The notes under the pieces are model-generated. The model saw only the letters and a program-made list of their open reading frames with translations, searched no databases and was not told the origin of the DNA. A stretch of DNA of 64,000 nt from the human T2T-CHM13v2.0 reference genome, Homo sapiens: NCBI RefSeq assembly GCF_009914755.1, contig NC_060928.1. The stretch is one strand, 5' to 3'. A program made the position numbers and the translations under genes. This document shows, in pieces, positions 38,537-52,350 of this stretch (position 1 is the stretch's first letter; each line of letters opens with the position of its first letter).

Positions 38537-41500
38537 TATCAGGTAGGCTCTTGTGTGCAGTTCTCATTCACCGTACGGAATGACTAGGTACAAGAAATTG
38601 TGCACCAGTCAATGTTTGATGTAAATGTTTCCTGGCTATATTGGAAGGAAGAATATTTTTTCTGCTCTTTGTAGGGGAAGTTTTATTGTTCTTGTGGTAG
38701 ATTGATTGATTGTATGATGACAATCCAGCTGTAAAGACCATCATTTTGACACATTTAATATTACTTTTGGTCCACTGAGGGCTGGCTTGATTTTGAAAAC
38801 AAAGAGCTGAAAGGGAAAGTCTACTTTTGATAGGGCAGCCATGGAAGTTTTTTACAACAAGAAAGCAGGTGGTACTATTGGACTAAAGATCAAGACAACA
38901 GCATACAATTCCCCCAGGTCTACTCTGTTCTCTTTATGTGCCGTGAGATACCACATTTAACATCTGCCAGGCTTGAGACTTGGTATCTATTTCCACTGGA
39001 GAGGAAAGAAAAATACAGGAAAATGTTCCAGGAGATTTCCATCTTGCTTAGTCTTTATTACAACCTTAAAAGATAATCATTTCTAATATTTTAGTCAATA
39101 ATATAGAGATAGTAAAGCTTTGGTGAGATTAAGGAAGGTGCCCAAGGTCACAGAAAAGTTGGGATTAGAAATTGGATAGGTATGGCCTCAAACAGGATCA
39201 GCAAGCTCCTATTAACATACAGTATAGTACTTGCCTAATAGCAAAACAAAATCATTTGCTACCATATCTTTGCTTATTGAAGCTATGAACAAAGAGGGAA
39301 ATTACAGTACTTTCAGGGAGAAAAAGTACCTCTGTAGCCCTGTCTGCTGGTGCAGTTCATGTACAGAAAGACAACAGATCTCCTTGAATCCTGAACTGCT
39401 TGTCAGCCTCGAAAGGGTCTTTGAGGTGGCTTGTATATTGATTGACTGAAGTTGCATGTAGGATGCGTTGTCATCAAAAGGCAAGGTACCAACAGGCCAC
39501 AGCTGCCATTAGTGCTGCCAGAGGACAGCCTATTTGGACAAGGAAAATAATCCATTGCTTGTTGCAGAGGAAAATGCCTTTGCGCTGTGCTGCCTTCTTC
39601 TGACTCGGTTAGGAACTTATCAATCCAAAAGATAATATAACGTGACTTTGTTTTTCTGATTTGGTGTTATTATTTCAGTCATTTAGGGCATTGTACATTA
39701 AAAAAAAATCCACAGCATGCAAAAAGTATACAGTTTTATTTTCTAAAGGTGAATCACAGTCACTGCTATTTCTCTGAGAAAGCAGGAGGCTTAACTGCTA
39801 TCATTGACCTTGGCCTTTCAGAATCCTCTGTGGCCATTGTGGAGAAAAGAGAGCCAGCATCATCGGTTCTAGATTAGAATAGTGTCTGCAAGTCTTAGAG
39901 GGCACCTTGATGCTTTGGCGGTCTCAATTCGCCACATGGGGTGAGAAAAACCTCTGTATGTCATGGGGACAGGGACTAGATAAACAATGCAAACAGTGTG
40001 TTTACAGATATGCAAATAAGCATGCAAATTAGACTCCTGTCGGCTTCATTTAGAATGTAATTTAAAATTAATTAAAAATTAAGAGGTAAATTAGACGCTA
40101 ACATTCAACACCATATGGGAAAATATACATATTTATCAGAATGGCATATATGTATAATGCACGGGTGGGAGCCAATTGTGATGTGTGCAAAACTCCTCCA
40201 TTTTGATATTGCATAAAATCAATGCGGGGAAGCCCAATATGTTGCAAGAATTATGTTTTAGCACTCTATGAATTAAAATTCACTCTAATTTAAGGATTAA
40301 ATGAATATATTTTATGTGCATTAAATTCTCTGCAAACTTATACTAGCAGACATAGAGTTTCACAATTGGAAAGTGAAATGATAAATCAGGTACAGTTTAC
40401 CTCCATATGCTATAAAATATCTGTGAAACTCATTTTTCTCAAATGGGGTCATTGAGCACATTCACCCTGGCAGGCCTTTTGCATATTGTTAATATGCGAT
40501 CTATACTTGGAAAGTAATGATTTCCCTCTCTCAGCCACTGAGGAGTTCTGGGTGATTAATGAGTTAATGGCTGCATCCACACAAGGCCAAAACAACTCAT
40601 TGAAAAGTGAAAAATTCAATCACTCCGCTGACTGTTTTGTCTACAAAGCAACCAAACTACCTCTGTGATTGATTTTCTTTTCACTGAATTGATTGCTATT
40701 TTTTGGCAACTTTGTCAAATTAACCAATTGTTTGATCCAACCAGAGTGCAGACCTTCTGTGAATGTAGCAAAACATTTTTATACTAACTTTCTCCCATCC
40801 CTGAAGATACACATAAGCAAGGAATCAACATATATATGCAGTACCTGTGTAAGGAAATTAGAATTATTCCATACTTTGGCTACCTTGTAGAATAAAAATT
40901 TAATTTTGTTCAGAGGGACATAGTTCTTTTAAAATAATGACAAGTAATGCAAAGGATCTTTTCTCATTTGATTTCAAAATCTTCAGACAAGGCTCTGAAA
41001 TAAACCTGAATAAAGTGACCACAGAGTAGGCATATTATAGAGACAAAGGAAAACGAGCAACAATAATGAGACAAAAATAAAACAAAACCCCTGCAAAGAC
41101 TGAAAGAGGTTTCAGAAAACAATGCAATGAATGAGCAAATTAGGAATTTTGAAGCACATTCTAAGAGCTAGAATGGCCAGTGTCAAAATTGGGAGATAGG
41201 TGTGGGAAGTAAAAGAAAGATTTAAGAAAAAATGTGTGTTCTTGGCTGATATATAGATGTACACACTGCACTGATATAATTGAACACTCTGGACAAAAAT
41301 AGCTTCTTGTGTTCATTTATCTCTGTTAAATTTGATTGCTTTATTTTTAATAATGCTGGCACGCTCTGGCTAATGTGATGAAAAATATTATTCTTTAAAA
41401 TGTTGGAGTGGAGAGCAGGTTAAAGCACACCTGTTAAAGAGTCAATTAAAATTTGGAAAGGAAAGAAAGAAAGCTACATTGTTAGAAGCTTTGCTTTTAA

Positions 41501-41664
41501 TTCATCCTAATTTGATGGTACAGCAGGTGTACAAAGAGGAAAGGGAAGTTCTCATTATTGTTTGCCTCAACTGAATACAAAGAGTCGTGTTTAAAAAGGA
41601 TAGAAATTTATTGAAACAAATGGTATTAGAGTAGAAATGAGTTCTGCCATCACTTACTTCAAAC

Positions 41665-41790
41665 CTTCTTAATTTACAGATGAGTCTCCTGAGGTTCAGA
41701 AGGGTGAGATGACACATTCAAGATCACATGGCTCATTTGTGTTGGAGTCAGAAGTTTCCAGATTTCTTGACTTTTAGTCCAAGGAGCAGT
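41665..41790 (-). mobile_element. MIR
   Basis: tttacagatgagtctcctgaggttcagaagggtgag...caagatcacatggct. Confidence 0.7.
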
Positions 41791-43749
41791 CCCTGTGCAT
41801 GTGTCAGAGTTGAACAAGCCAGGTAAAAATTTTAAAAGTTAAAAGAAAAAAGTATGAATTCATTTCAAGAATTGTATTTGAATAGAGACTGCAGTAGACA
41901 GAGGTTCTGATACTGAGACCTAAGAAAGTTGAGGCCAGGTGAGAGTCCCGTTTCTGAGCTGCAAAATTTAATGTCACAAGCAGTTGCAAAATTGCGTCTA
42001 AATGGGCCTCCCAGGTTCCAGGAGAGCAGATGGTCCTGAAGAAGGTCTTCCTGGCTGATCTGAGAGGTGACACAGAAGAATAAAGAAGGGAAGGATGAGA
42101 TGAGCTTCTGAGTTTGGAAACTGCATTGATGTTGAAGATGGTCTCAAAGTTGTGTAAGCAAATTTCCATTTTTTGGAGAAAAAAGAATTATAGAAGAGGA
42201 TTTTTTAAAAAAGCTAGTGCTACAAGTACTATAGTGCTGAGGGTAAAGGTGAAGGCAGAGAAGAATTGAGCTCAGATGAAGCCAGGCGATGTGGGAAACC
42301 TCAGACTGGGAGTGGTTATGGTTGAATTTGTGATAGACAGAAGAGGAAAGGTCAGATGTGCATTTGACTAAATGCCTTTTGACAAAGCATCCGTGTAACT
42401 CTGATGCTTCTCTTAGGAAAATTGACAGCTTGTCACTAGGCATTGCAATTCCATTGTGGCATGATGCATTCATATTCAGGAGACACGACAGAGGTGTTTA
42501 CCTACCATCAGCCTGAACCAATGGCAAATAAAACAAGGCAGGCATAGTTTTATTTAAAAGGAAGAGCTGCTTTTAATTAGATAATTGAAAGAATAATATT
42601 TTTCATCAGAGAATTTTCACAGGATCACAAGATGGCTTATATATTGATAGGATAAAGAATCATTTAGTAAAGGCACTGTCGGCTGGGGAGGGGGCTAAAG
42701 ATGGGGGCTGGTTTGGCACTTCAGTTGAGCTTTCTTTTCCAAAAAAGAGTGAGAAGAGGTAGGACAGAAGACAGAAAGAAGTGAGGTGGTCAGCGTGTAT
42801 TTTTCTTTTTCTGTTGTTTTTGCCTGAGGGTAGGGAGTAGGAAGACACGTAAGATATCCAGTGAGGATAATGGGTTTTTGTTTTGAGATTCTGGGAGGGG
42901 CCAACACTAACCATCATGGGATAGGCCCACATAGTTAAGAAGGGAGAGCAGTTGGTTGGAGAAGAGAATCTAGTTGGCACACTGAGGGTCTCTGGTTTCC
43001 TCTTAATGGGGATGCCTAGTCAAAAACCAACAGGTCTGATGTGGCAGCTGCGGGACACCTAAGCCCCCTTCCCCCTCCACGCACCCCCACACTCACTGCC
43101 ATCATCGTGAGAGAAGCAGGGTAATAGGAAGGCTGTTCGAAAGAGCAATTTTATTCAAGAGAGACTGGGTATTCCCTAAAGCAGCTGTTTAAATTATTGG
43201 ATCAAGCTAAATTTAAACCAGGTTAGACATTTAGTTAATTTATTTTTCTCTAACCAGCAGGTGGAAGTTCAGAGAAAGACAAGATTATAGACAAAATAAA
43301 GGCACTACATTTTCTCTGGTAAAAATGTCTCAACATTTTCATATCCTGTTGGTTTTCCAGGAAACATAGAAATACGCTGTAAGAAATAATCTCAAAATTG
43401 ACGTGATGGATTAAAGATGAAAAAACATGTCTTGGAATACCTAATGGGAACATTAGTCTATGTCTACACCCAGATCAACATGACTGAATATAGCTTTCTT
43501 AAAAAAGCAGTTGAATTCAGCAAGGCAATTATTCTATTGCTCAATAAGACTCAATATTTGGATTGATTGAATTTCCTTTGCTTTTTATTTTGGAGTCTAT
43601 GTTCATAGCCTCAATATAAGAGTGAAAATTTTCACACAGAAACAATACATAATCCAATAAAGAGCCAGATACAAGACATTCTTTTATTTGGAAATATTCA
43701 AGGGAGTGTTTAAGCAAGGGATGTCTTCTGATAGAGATAAGTACAGTCT

Positions 43750-44165
43750 AATTGGACAAATGTTGACAGTGCCCCATTAAGTGTGGGCACATGATAGGCA
43801 CTGAGATCCACAGGGCATGAGGGGTGGAGGGGAGCACCCTTAGGAAACAGAAGTCATGGAGAATAATTCTGATTGAGGAAGTCAGGAGGGCTTCACAGAG
43901 GAGGAGACCTTTGAGCTGGGCCTTGAAGAAAGACTATGATTTACAGAGGGGGAGATTTTTCACAGGAAGGGCATTTGAGCTGAAGAAATATGGACAAAGG
44001 AATATAAATGAATCAGTGCCCACTGGGCTTACAGTCAGCCCAATAGTCTGATGTACCTGGAGTGTAGGATGGGTATAAGGTGGGGTAGGGGAGGTGTGGC
44101 CAGGAAATAATGTTAGAAAGAATGATTGGGGCTGAGGAATAGAGGGACTCAAATGGCTTGTGATT
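43750..44165 (-). mobile_element. L2 fragment (antisense)
   Basis: gaagtcaggagggcttcacagaggaggagacctttgagctgggccttgaaga. Confidence 0.7.
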
Positions 44166-44180
44166 TAAAAACAACTGTTT

Positions 44181-44493
<313 letters not shown>

Positions 44494-45271
44494 CTCTTTG
44501 TCCGGGGGGATTTAGAAAGAAGGCCAGCACAACCCACTTTATCTGACGCTGCCTAGACTTGGGAGATGCTGGTATCTCTGTGACTGGGGCCAAATGTAAA
44601 GATTCAGAGCCTGTGATTCTTGTTCTGGGGCCTGCAGTGTAGAACAAGTAGCCCCAGGTTTGTGTTGCTTGTGTGACTGTTTTGATGGGCTCCCTTGCCT
44701 TGGACTGACTGGATCTCCTATGCGTTATCAAATTTGCCCGGGAGACGCATGTGAGTTGCCACTCAGGGACCATGGACAGCCGCCATTGGCTGGAGGATCA
44801 AAGGAAACAGAGGAAGACTCAGTAAAAAGACATGCTGTCAACAACAAGCCCTCCAATGCCCATATTGGATAGAGAATAGAGGTGGCAAAACCTCAAAATA
44901 ACCATAAACCCTGTTTTATGTATGAGGTTCACAGAAAGCAACAAACTCTTGCGGGTATATTGCAAAATCTCTCTGAGGACGGGTGTATTTAATTTGTTAT
45001 TTGAGTGTAGCACCTGTGTTGGTTCATTCTTACACAAATTCCTGAGGTAATTAGTTTCACAGAATATTGCCAGGTTGGCACATCTCCCCTGCTCCCATCA
45101 CTTTTGGGAATATTGGAACTAGAAGACAGGTATTCTTATCGCAGAGTTATATTAATAAATTTAATTAACATAAAACAACATTAATTCCGTGGCTGGCACC
45201 TGAGGCTGGAGAGTGCTCCCTTCCTTCACACCACCAAATTGCTGATCTTGTGAGTGTCTGCCAGCTAGCAG

Positions 45272-46390
45272 TTTTTTAAAAGCCAGAGTTATTGAGGTAT
45301 AATTTACATCTAATAAAATTCCCTTGTTTAGGAGTATAGTTCCAAGAATGTTGACAAATATAGAGTTGTGTGATCACCACAGTAAGGACAGAGACTATTT
45401 CCATTATCCAAAAAGCCCCTCATGTTCTTTTACAGTCAATCCCCTCCACTCCCGTCAGCTCCTGGAAGCAACTGATTCCTGTCAGCATAGTTTTGCCTTT
45501 TCCTTAATGTCGTATGAATGAAAGCATGCCATATGTAGCCTTTTGATTGTGGTTTCTTCCACTAGGCATAATCTGCTTTTTGGATTCATTCATGTTGTGG
45601 AATGGATCGTTTTGTTTCTTTTTATTGCTAAGTAGTTTCCCATTGTACAACATAATGTGATTGAATTTGTTTATTCACTTACCATTTGATAAACATTTGG
45701 GTTGTTTCCAGTATCTGGTGATTAGGATTAAAGTTGCTCTAAAAATTCACCTACAGGCTTTCATGTGTATATATGTGTCAAATTCTCTTGACGACCTAGA
45801 AGTCGGTCATATGGAAAAGGGTATGCATAATTTAATAAGAATTTTCCAATTCTTTTTGAAAGAGGCTTCACCATTTTGCACTTGTACTAGCAATGTATAA
45901 GAGTTCCACTTGTTCCTCATTTTCTCCATCGCTTTATATTTTTAATTTTTTTTTTTTTTAGATGGAGTCTCGCTCCATCGCCCAGGCTGGAGTGCTGTGG
46001 CTCCATCTCAGCTCACTGCAAACTCCGTCTACTGGGTTGACGGCATTCTCCTGCCTCAGCCTCCTGAGTAGTTGGGACTACAGGTGCCCGCCACCATGCC
46101 TGGCTATGTTTTTTGTATTTTTAGTAAAGGCGGGGTTTCACTGCGTTAGCCAGATGATCTCGATCTCCTGACCTCGTGATCCACCCGCCTCTGCCTCCCA
46201 AAGTGCTGGGATTATAGGCATGAGCCACTGTGCCTTGCCTCAACATTTTTTATGTTATCCATGCTAACAGGTGTGTAGTGGCATCTCATTGTGGATTTAA
46301 TTGGTATTTCCCTAATGAGAAATGATGTTGGGCATATTTTCATGTGCTTATTTGCCATTCACATTTTTTTTTTTTGTGGTTGAGGCATCT
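45272..46390 (-). mobile_element. Old L1M 3' end (3' UTR plus ORF2 C-terminus), antisense
   Basis: ttattgaggtataatttaca; catttgggttgtttccagt; gtgtagtggcatctcattgtggatttaattggtatttccctaatgag. Confidence 0.85.
45946..46239 (-). mobile_element. Alu (AluY/Sc-like) nested in L1
   Basis: poly(T)-agatggagtctcgctc...cattctcctgcctcagc...gttagccagatgatctcgatctcctgacctcgtgatcc. Confidence 0.95.
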
Positions 46391-47258
<868 letters not shown>

Positions 47259-48136
47259 CTTCACCAACTAACTTTTGAGGTTGAATGTGTGACTTTTTTT
47301 TCAGGCTGCCTGAGCACTGGTGCTGATGATCTTGAGCCGGATGTGTTCATTGTGACCTACCCTCTGCTCTCGCAGACCCTGTGCATTGTCCACCTCTGCG
47401 TGCTGGCCTCCCCTCCTGTGTGTCCCCAGCAAAGCACCTCTGTGCCTCCAAACACCAACTTTCCTGGACCACGTAACACCCCATCTTCACACAAACCACC
47501 CTCTTTCTCTCTCCTTCCTCCTTCTACCTTTTTTATTTTTTCCTAACAGGAAGAGCATCAGTTTCAGCTCTAACAGCTTTGTCGTACTATATAAGAAAAT
47601 CTTTTTTATACTGTGAAATTTTTAGTACAGCCAGGGAAACGTGGGGTCTAGCTTCAGTTTGGAGGGTGTTGAGTGTCATGTACTCTGTAAGAGAGTAAAA
47701 CTCTTCTAAAGTGCTCCCTTAAACTCTAACACCCAATGTTTCCGATTACTATACTTTCAGGCTTTATTTTTCTGTCGTGTCTCCAAGAGAAGAGTAAAGA
47801 GAAGAACTGGCAATGACTTGTGAGGGGCTTCACGCTGCCACTCTGAGTGGCACAATGCCCAGCTTGTGGTTCACAGTGTGCTCCATCTTGGTGAACATGC
47901 CTCCAGAGCTGGGTGGGACCGTTCCTGTGGTCCTCCTGCAGCCGGCTGGTGCAGGGAAGCAAGAGAGGTCTCAGGCCGAGCTGGGCCCCAGGGGCAAGCT
48001 GCTGTCGAACATTTCCTGCTGCCATCCACCTTTCTAAGGGCAGGAGAATGTTGGTTTTACAGAGCTGGCAGATCTGACTCATAAAAATCACTTAACCCAG
48101 TATTTTAATTGCCCAGAATCCAGGTTGCTGCCTCAA

Positions 48137-48428
48137 TTTTTTTTTTTTTTTTTGAGATGGGGTTTTGCTCTTGTTGCCCAGGCTGGAGTGCAATGGGCGA
48201 TCTTGTCCCACTACAACCTCTGCCTCCTGGGTTCAAGCAATTCTTCTGCCTCCTGAGTAGCTGGGATTACGGGTGCCCACCACCACACCCGGCTAAAATT
48301 CGTATTTTTAGTCGAGACAGGGTTTTGCCATGTTGGCCAGGCTGGTCTAGAACTCCTGACCTCAGGTGATCAACCTGCTTCGGCTCCCAAAGTGCTGGGA
48401 TTACAGGCATAAGCCACCATGCTCAGCC
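48137..48428 (-). mobile_element. Alu (AluSq/Sp-like) with TSD ctgcctcaatttt
   Basis: TSD copies start at 48128 and 48430; standard antisense Alu body. Confidence 0.96.
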
Positions 48429-49284
48429 ACTGCCTCAATTTTTTCGTAAAGGAGAAGTAGTCTGGAGCTGTGATTCTCCTTCCTGGCAACTCCTCAGAGC
48501 AAAAGCCAAGAAAAGAGCCTTAGGGTTGACTGAACCATATTATGGGCTGGCAGATTAAAATAAGAAAACTTGGCTTTTTAAAAATACGTATTTCACGCAC
48601 GTTAGAGATGTGTGAGGGAGAGGAGGGCATTGTGTGGGGCCCAGGTAAGGAAATAGACTTCAAAATGACAACTCCTAAATCAGCCTTCAGTAGCTCATGA
48701 GCTTATTCACCGATAGTGGCTTATTGCACTTATGGATTTTCCTCCTCACCAATTAGAAATGTCCCAAAGATTCAGCTGGCTTGTCACTGACTGCAGCTCA
48801 TTGTAGGGGCTCTTTGTTCTATGTTTAATTGCTGATTGCTTTTAGTACTGAATTTCAGATGGAGTAGGTGTGTGTGTCTGTGTGTGTGTACAAAGCTTTC
48901 ATGTGAGAGCTTTATTTCTAGGGAATTTTGTGATTAAGCCTTGAACTATAAGATTTTAAACCCTTTTAGTAGAGGATCTTTCTTAAAAAATAAAAACTTG
49001 TCTTCTGCTAACAATCATGTTTCTGTTAAGTAAGAAAATGCAAAAAGATTCCATGACTTCAGTATGTCGAATTAAAGAAGAATCATACCAGCAATTAGAA
49101 GTGTGAGGCAGGACTGTAGACCCTTTTGCCCTAACTCCAAGGACCCTCAATTGGGGTGAGCCCACAGGTTGTAGAAAACGGATGGGCTGGTGTGATGTTC
49201 TTATTTTATTTTATTCTTTTCTTTGCTCCATTTATTTCTTTTGGAGCACTTATACTGCTGGCTGAGAGTACAAAATGAAGGTCA

Positions 49285-49455
49285 TGGATCATAACATGTC
49301 TTGGCTGGAAGGAATCTCAGGCATCCTTCAGCCAGGCACCTGATTTTACGGATGAAGAAACTGAGTCCAACAGCAGGCGAGTACCTTGCCCAATTTCAGG
49401 CAGCAAATCTTGAGATGGAGCCAGGAGTGTTCCTGTTCCTACGCCTCTCAGCTGC
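49285..49455 (-). mobile_element. MIR
   Basis: attttacggatgaagaaactgagtcc...taccttgccca. Confidence 0.7.
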
Positions 49456-50844
49456 CACTTTCATATTTTTTCTTCTTTAGCTGTGTGGAGAATGGCTGCT
49501 TGTCTCCCTCATCCAAAAACGCATTGGATTCAGCTAACAGTTTGTATCAGTCTAATGCACCTATTCACAGATTCTTGTAGTATTAGAAATCTTGTTTCTC
49601 AAGTTCAGTTTATTTAAAGTCATATTTCAAAGACTTTGCTTATGTGAGCAGGCAGCTTAAACAAGACTCTCTCCTGGTTTGTTGCTTCTTTCCTAATGCA
49701 CTGGTGCCTGGGAGAATATTGCTCAAGGACAAGACCTTAGGCAGCGTCCACCTGAAAGCAGATGTGGCTTTTCATTCCTGATCTTTCATCCAAGGTCTGT
49801 CTCCAGAGTGCAACTTGCTGCCTTCTGAAGCAGCAGTTGTCATCCCCAGAGCACCCTGACGAGGGCAGCCTTTACTTTCTTGTGTTTTACTGTTGCTGGA
49901 AAAAGCTCTGGTCTTTACCTGGAATGGAATGGGCTTGTTTGTCACCTAAGTGCAAATGTCATTTTAGCACTTCGCTGGTCACAACACCCTTTCTGGCCTT
50001 TATAGAAAATGACATATTCCTGTGTTCTTTGTCTCCAACACATGCTTCAGAAAGGCACGGTCTGTTATTATGCTTTAAAAGGTTGGAGAGAAAATGCAGA
50101 GACCTGTAGGCCAAATACCAGGGAGCACAGAGAACACAAATCAGGCGATTGTGTCACCTGGGCCTCCTGGAAAGTAGAGAAAAGAAAGGGTTGGCTCTGT
50201 GTCCTGTTGCTGTTAACAAGCTTTCCACTGTCATTTCTCTTTCTGGGGTCAGAAGGATATTAAAACAAGATTGGGCACTCCCGCAGCCACTGGCTTCCTT
50301 GCTTCCATCTCTCTCACTTCCCTTTCCCCCCTGCCCCCAGCCTCTCTTCCCCCTGCCCTCTTGTCAGCCTGGGTTGTGTGGCCCTAGCACTTAGGTCTCT
50401 TTATCAGCCCCTTGAGCTGTTCTTGGCATGGGTGCAGCAGCAGAGAGGTACTGTTGAAAGAGCGCCGAAATTGCTGGCAATAGCAGGTGCCAGGGAGGCA
50501 TCGATCCGGCAGCATGTGACAACTTAGGAACGGAAGGTTAGAGCAATTTTGTGGCCTGTTACAGCGTTGCCTTCTCACAAGGCAAAACCTATGACAAGTG
50601 GCTCCATCCTACTTGGGTCTCTGAGACACTGAAACTTGCTTTTAATTACAATAATTACTGCTCCCCGCCAGGACTGGCCCACGGTGGCCAGAAATACAGG
50701 GACATTCTTCACTAGCTGGTTTTCCCTCTTGGCATTTCCCCTTATTCTCATCCTACAGGACTTCCATCCAACATCACACTTGGATAATACTGTTACTAAA
50801 TAAACACCGACACAGCACATCCCAAGCCAAGCATGCCCTACATG

Positions 50845-51050
50845 CTGTACTCATGTTACCTTATTCAATTCTCACCTCTCAACACTCCTTTGAGGGAGGT
50901 AATATTATAAGCCTTGTATTTTAAGATCAAGAAACTGAGACTCAGAGAGGTTAAACAATTTGCTCCAGGTCATGTAACTAGTGATTAGCAGAGCTGGGCT
51001 GAGCTTGGAACGCAGGAAGTCTGGCTCTCCTCCCTGTCTCTAAGCACCAT
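50845..51050 (-). mobile_element. MIR
   Basis: agaaactgagactcagagaggttaaacaatttgctccaggtca. Confidence 0.8.
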
Positions 51051-52194
51051 GTTCTGTTATCCCCACAGTCAGCAGTGAGCTCCCTTTCTATAAGCAGAGA
51101 GGAAAGTTTACCTTAAGAAAGTATAAGAATGTTGTGCTGCATTAGTTTCTCCAAGATGTTCTGTCTTGAGAGGGAAAATGGATTAAATACAACAGATGGC
51201 AGTAACCATTGGCGTTATTAACCTCCCCTTCCAGCAGGACCACCCTGATTTGCTAGCTGTGTGCCATTGACTTGTGTGCCATCTGTCACCATGCACATTG
51301 TGCTGTTGGTTCCTCATCAAAAACAAAACTGCCCATCCTCATCTTCCTGTGGGGACTGCTGAAATGCTTCCAAGAACAAGGGACTTATCTTTAAATCAAT
51401 TTATTAAACAAATACTGATAGTGTGTCTACTACATGCCAGCACTAGGCTTGGTTCTGGGGATATGGATATTCATAAGACATGGTTTTGCCATCTGGCATC
51501 ACATGGTTTGGAGCAGGAGACAGATAAGTAAGGAGTAAGGTGACCAGGAGTTTGTCTCTTTGCACCCCAAGGCTGGGTTCAAGGAGATGGATGCAAAGTT
51601 CTTGCAAGTTGGATGTGACCCAGAATCTTAGTAAATAGAACTGTAAGTTCTGGACTGAAGAAATTGCCATCTATGCCAAGGAAGCTGGCCTGAGATATAC
51701 TACACTATACCTCATTATAAACTTCCAACAGCAAAGAGAGGAAGTTGTGACCCATATATGAACTGGCTGGACGAAGCTTTAATTTCAAAAGCATTTTTCA
51801 CTGCTCGTTTATCAATACCACCAGCAAACATCTCCAGGGAACAAGACTGCTATGCTCAAGTTTCATCAGGTTAACCTTGTAAATACATATCGGTCCCTTG
51901 GTTTGGAATCCTGACATTTCGAGGAATGTTCCTCTTGTTTTCCCATCATAGCTCACATATGCCACCAAGAAAGAAGAGAAGAAAGAAGATGACATCATTG
52001 GATGTGAACATGGAGGTGAAAGGGATGATGATGGAAGAGAAGCAGAAGCCATGAGAGCTAAAATGCCAGAAAAGAGGAGCAGAACAGGCAGGGCTGGCTG
52101 GGGCTGTGACGGGAAACACTCCAGGGCGCCACATCCACCCTTGCTGCTGCCTAAATGCATATTGTTCTACCGTTTACACTGAAGCCTATCAGGA

Positions 52195-52350
52195 ATGAAC
52201 TATTATTATGTCCACTTCATAGATAAGCAAAGTGAAGCACAGAGTGGATGACTTTTCTTAGGGAACATAATACCCAAGTGGTGGAACTAGGATTCAAACC
52301 CGGCTGTCTGTTTACAGATCCTGGGCTAATAACCATCCAGCACACTGCCT
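52195..52350 (-). mobile_element. MIR
   Basis: tattattatgtccacttcatagataag...aagtggtggaactaggattcaaaccc. Confidence 0.7.

Noticed and set aside
47726-48091. Overlapping ORFs in a GC-richer patch
   Set aside because: No homology recognised; open frames on both strands are explained by local GC content.
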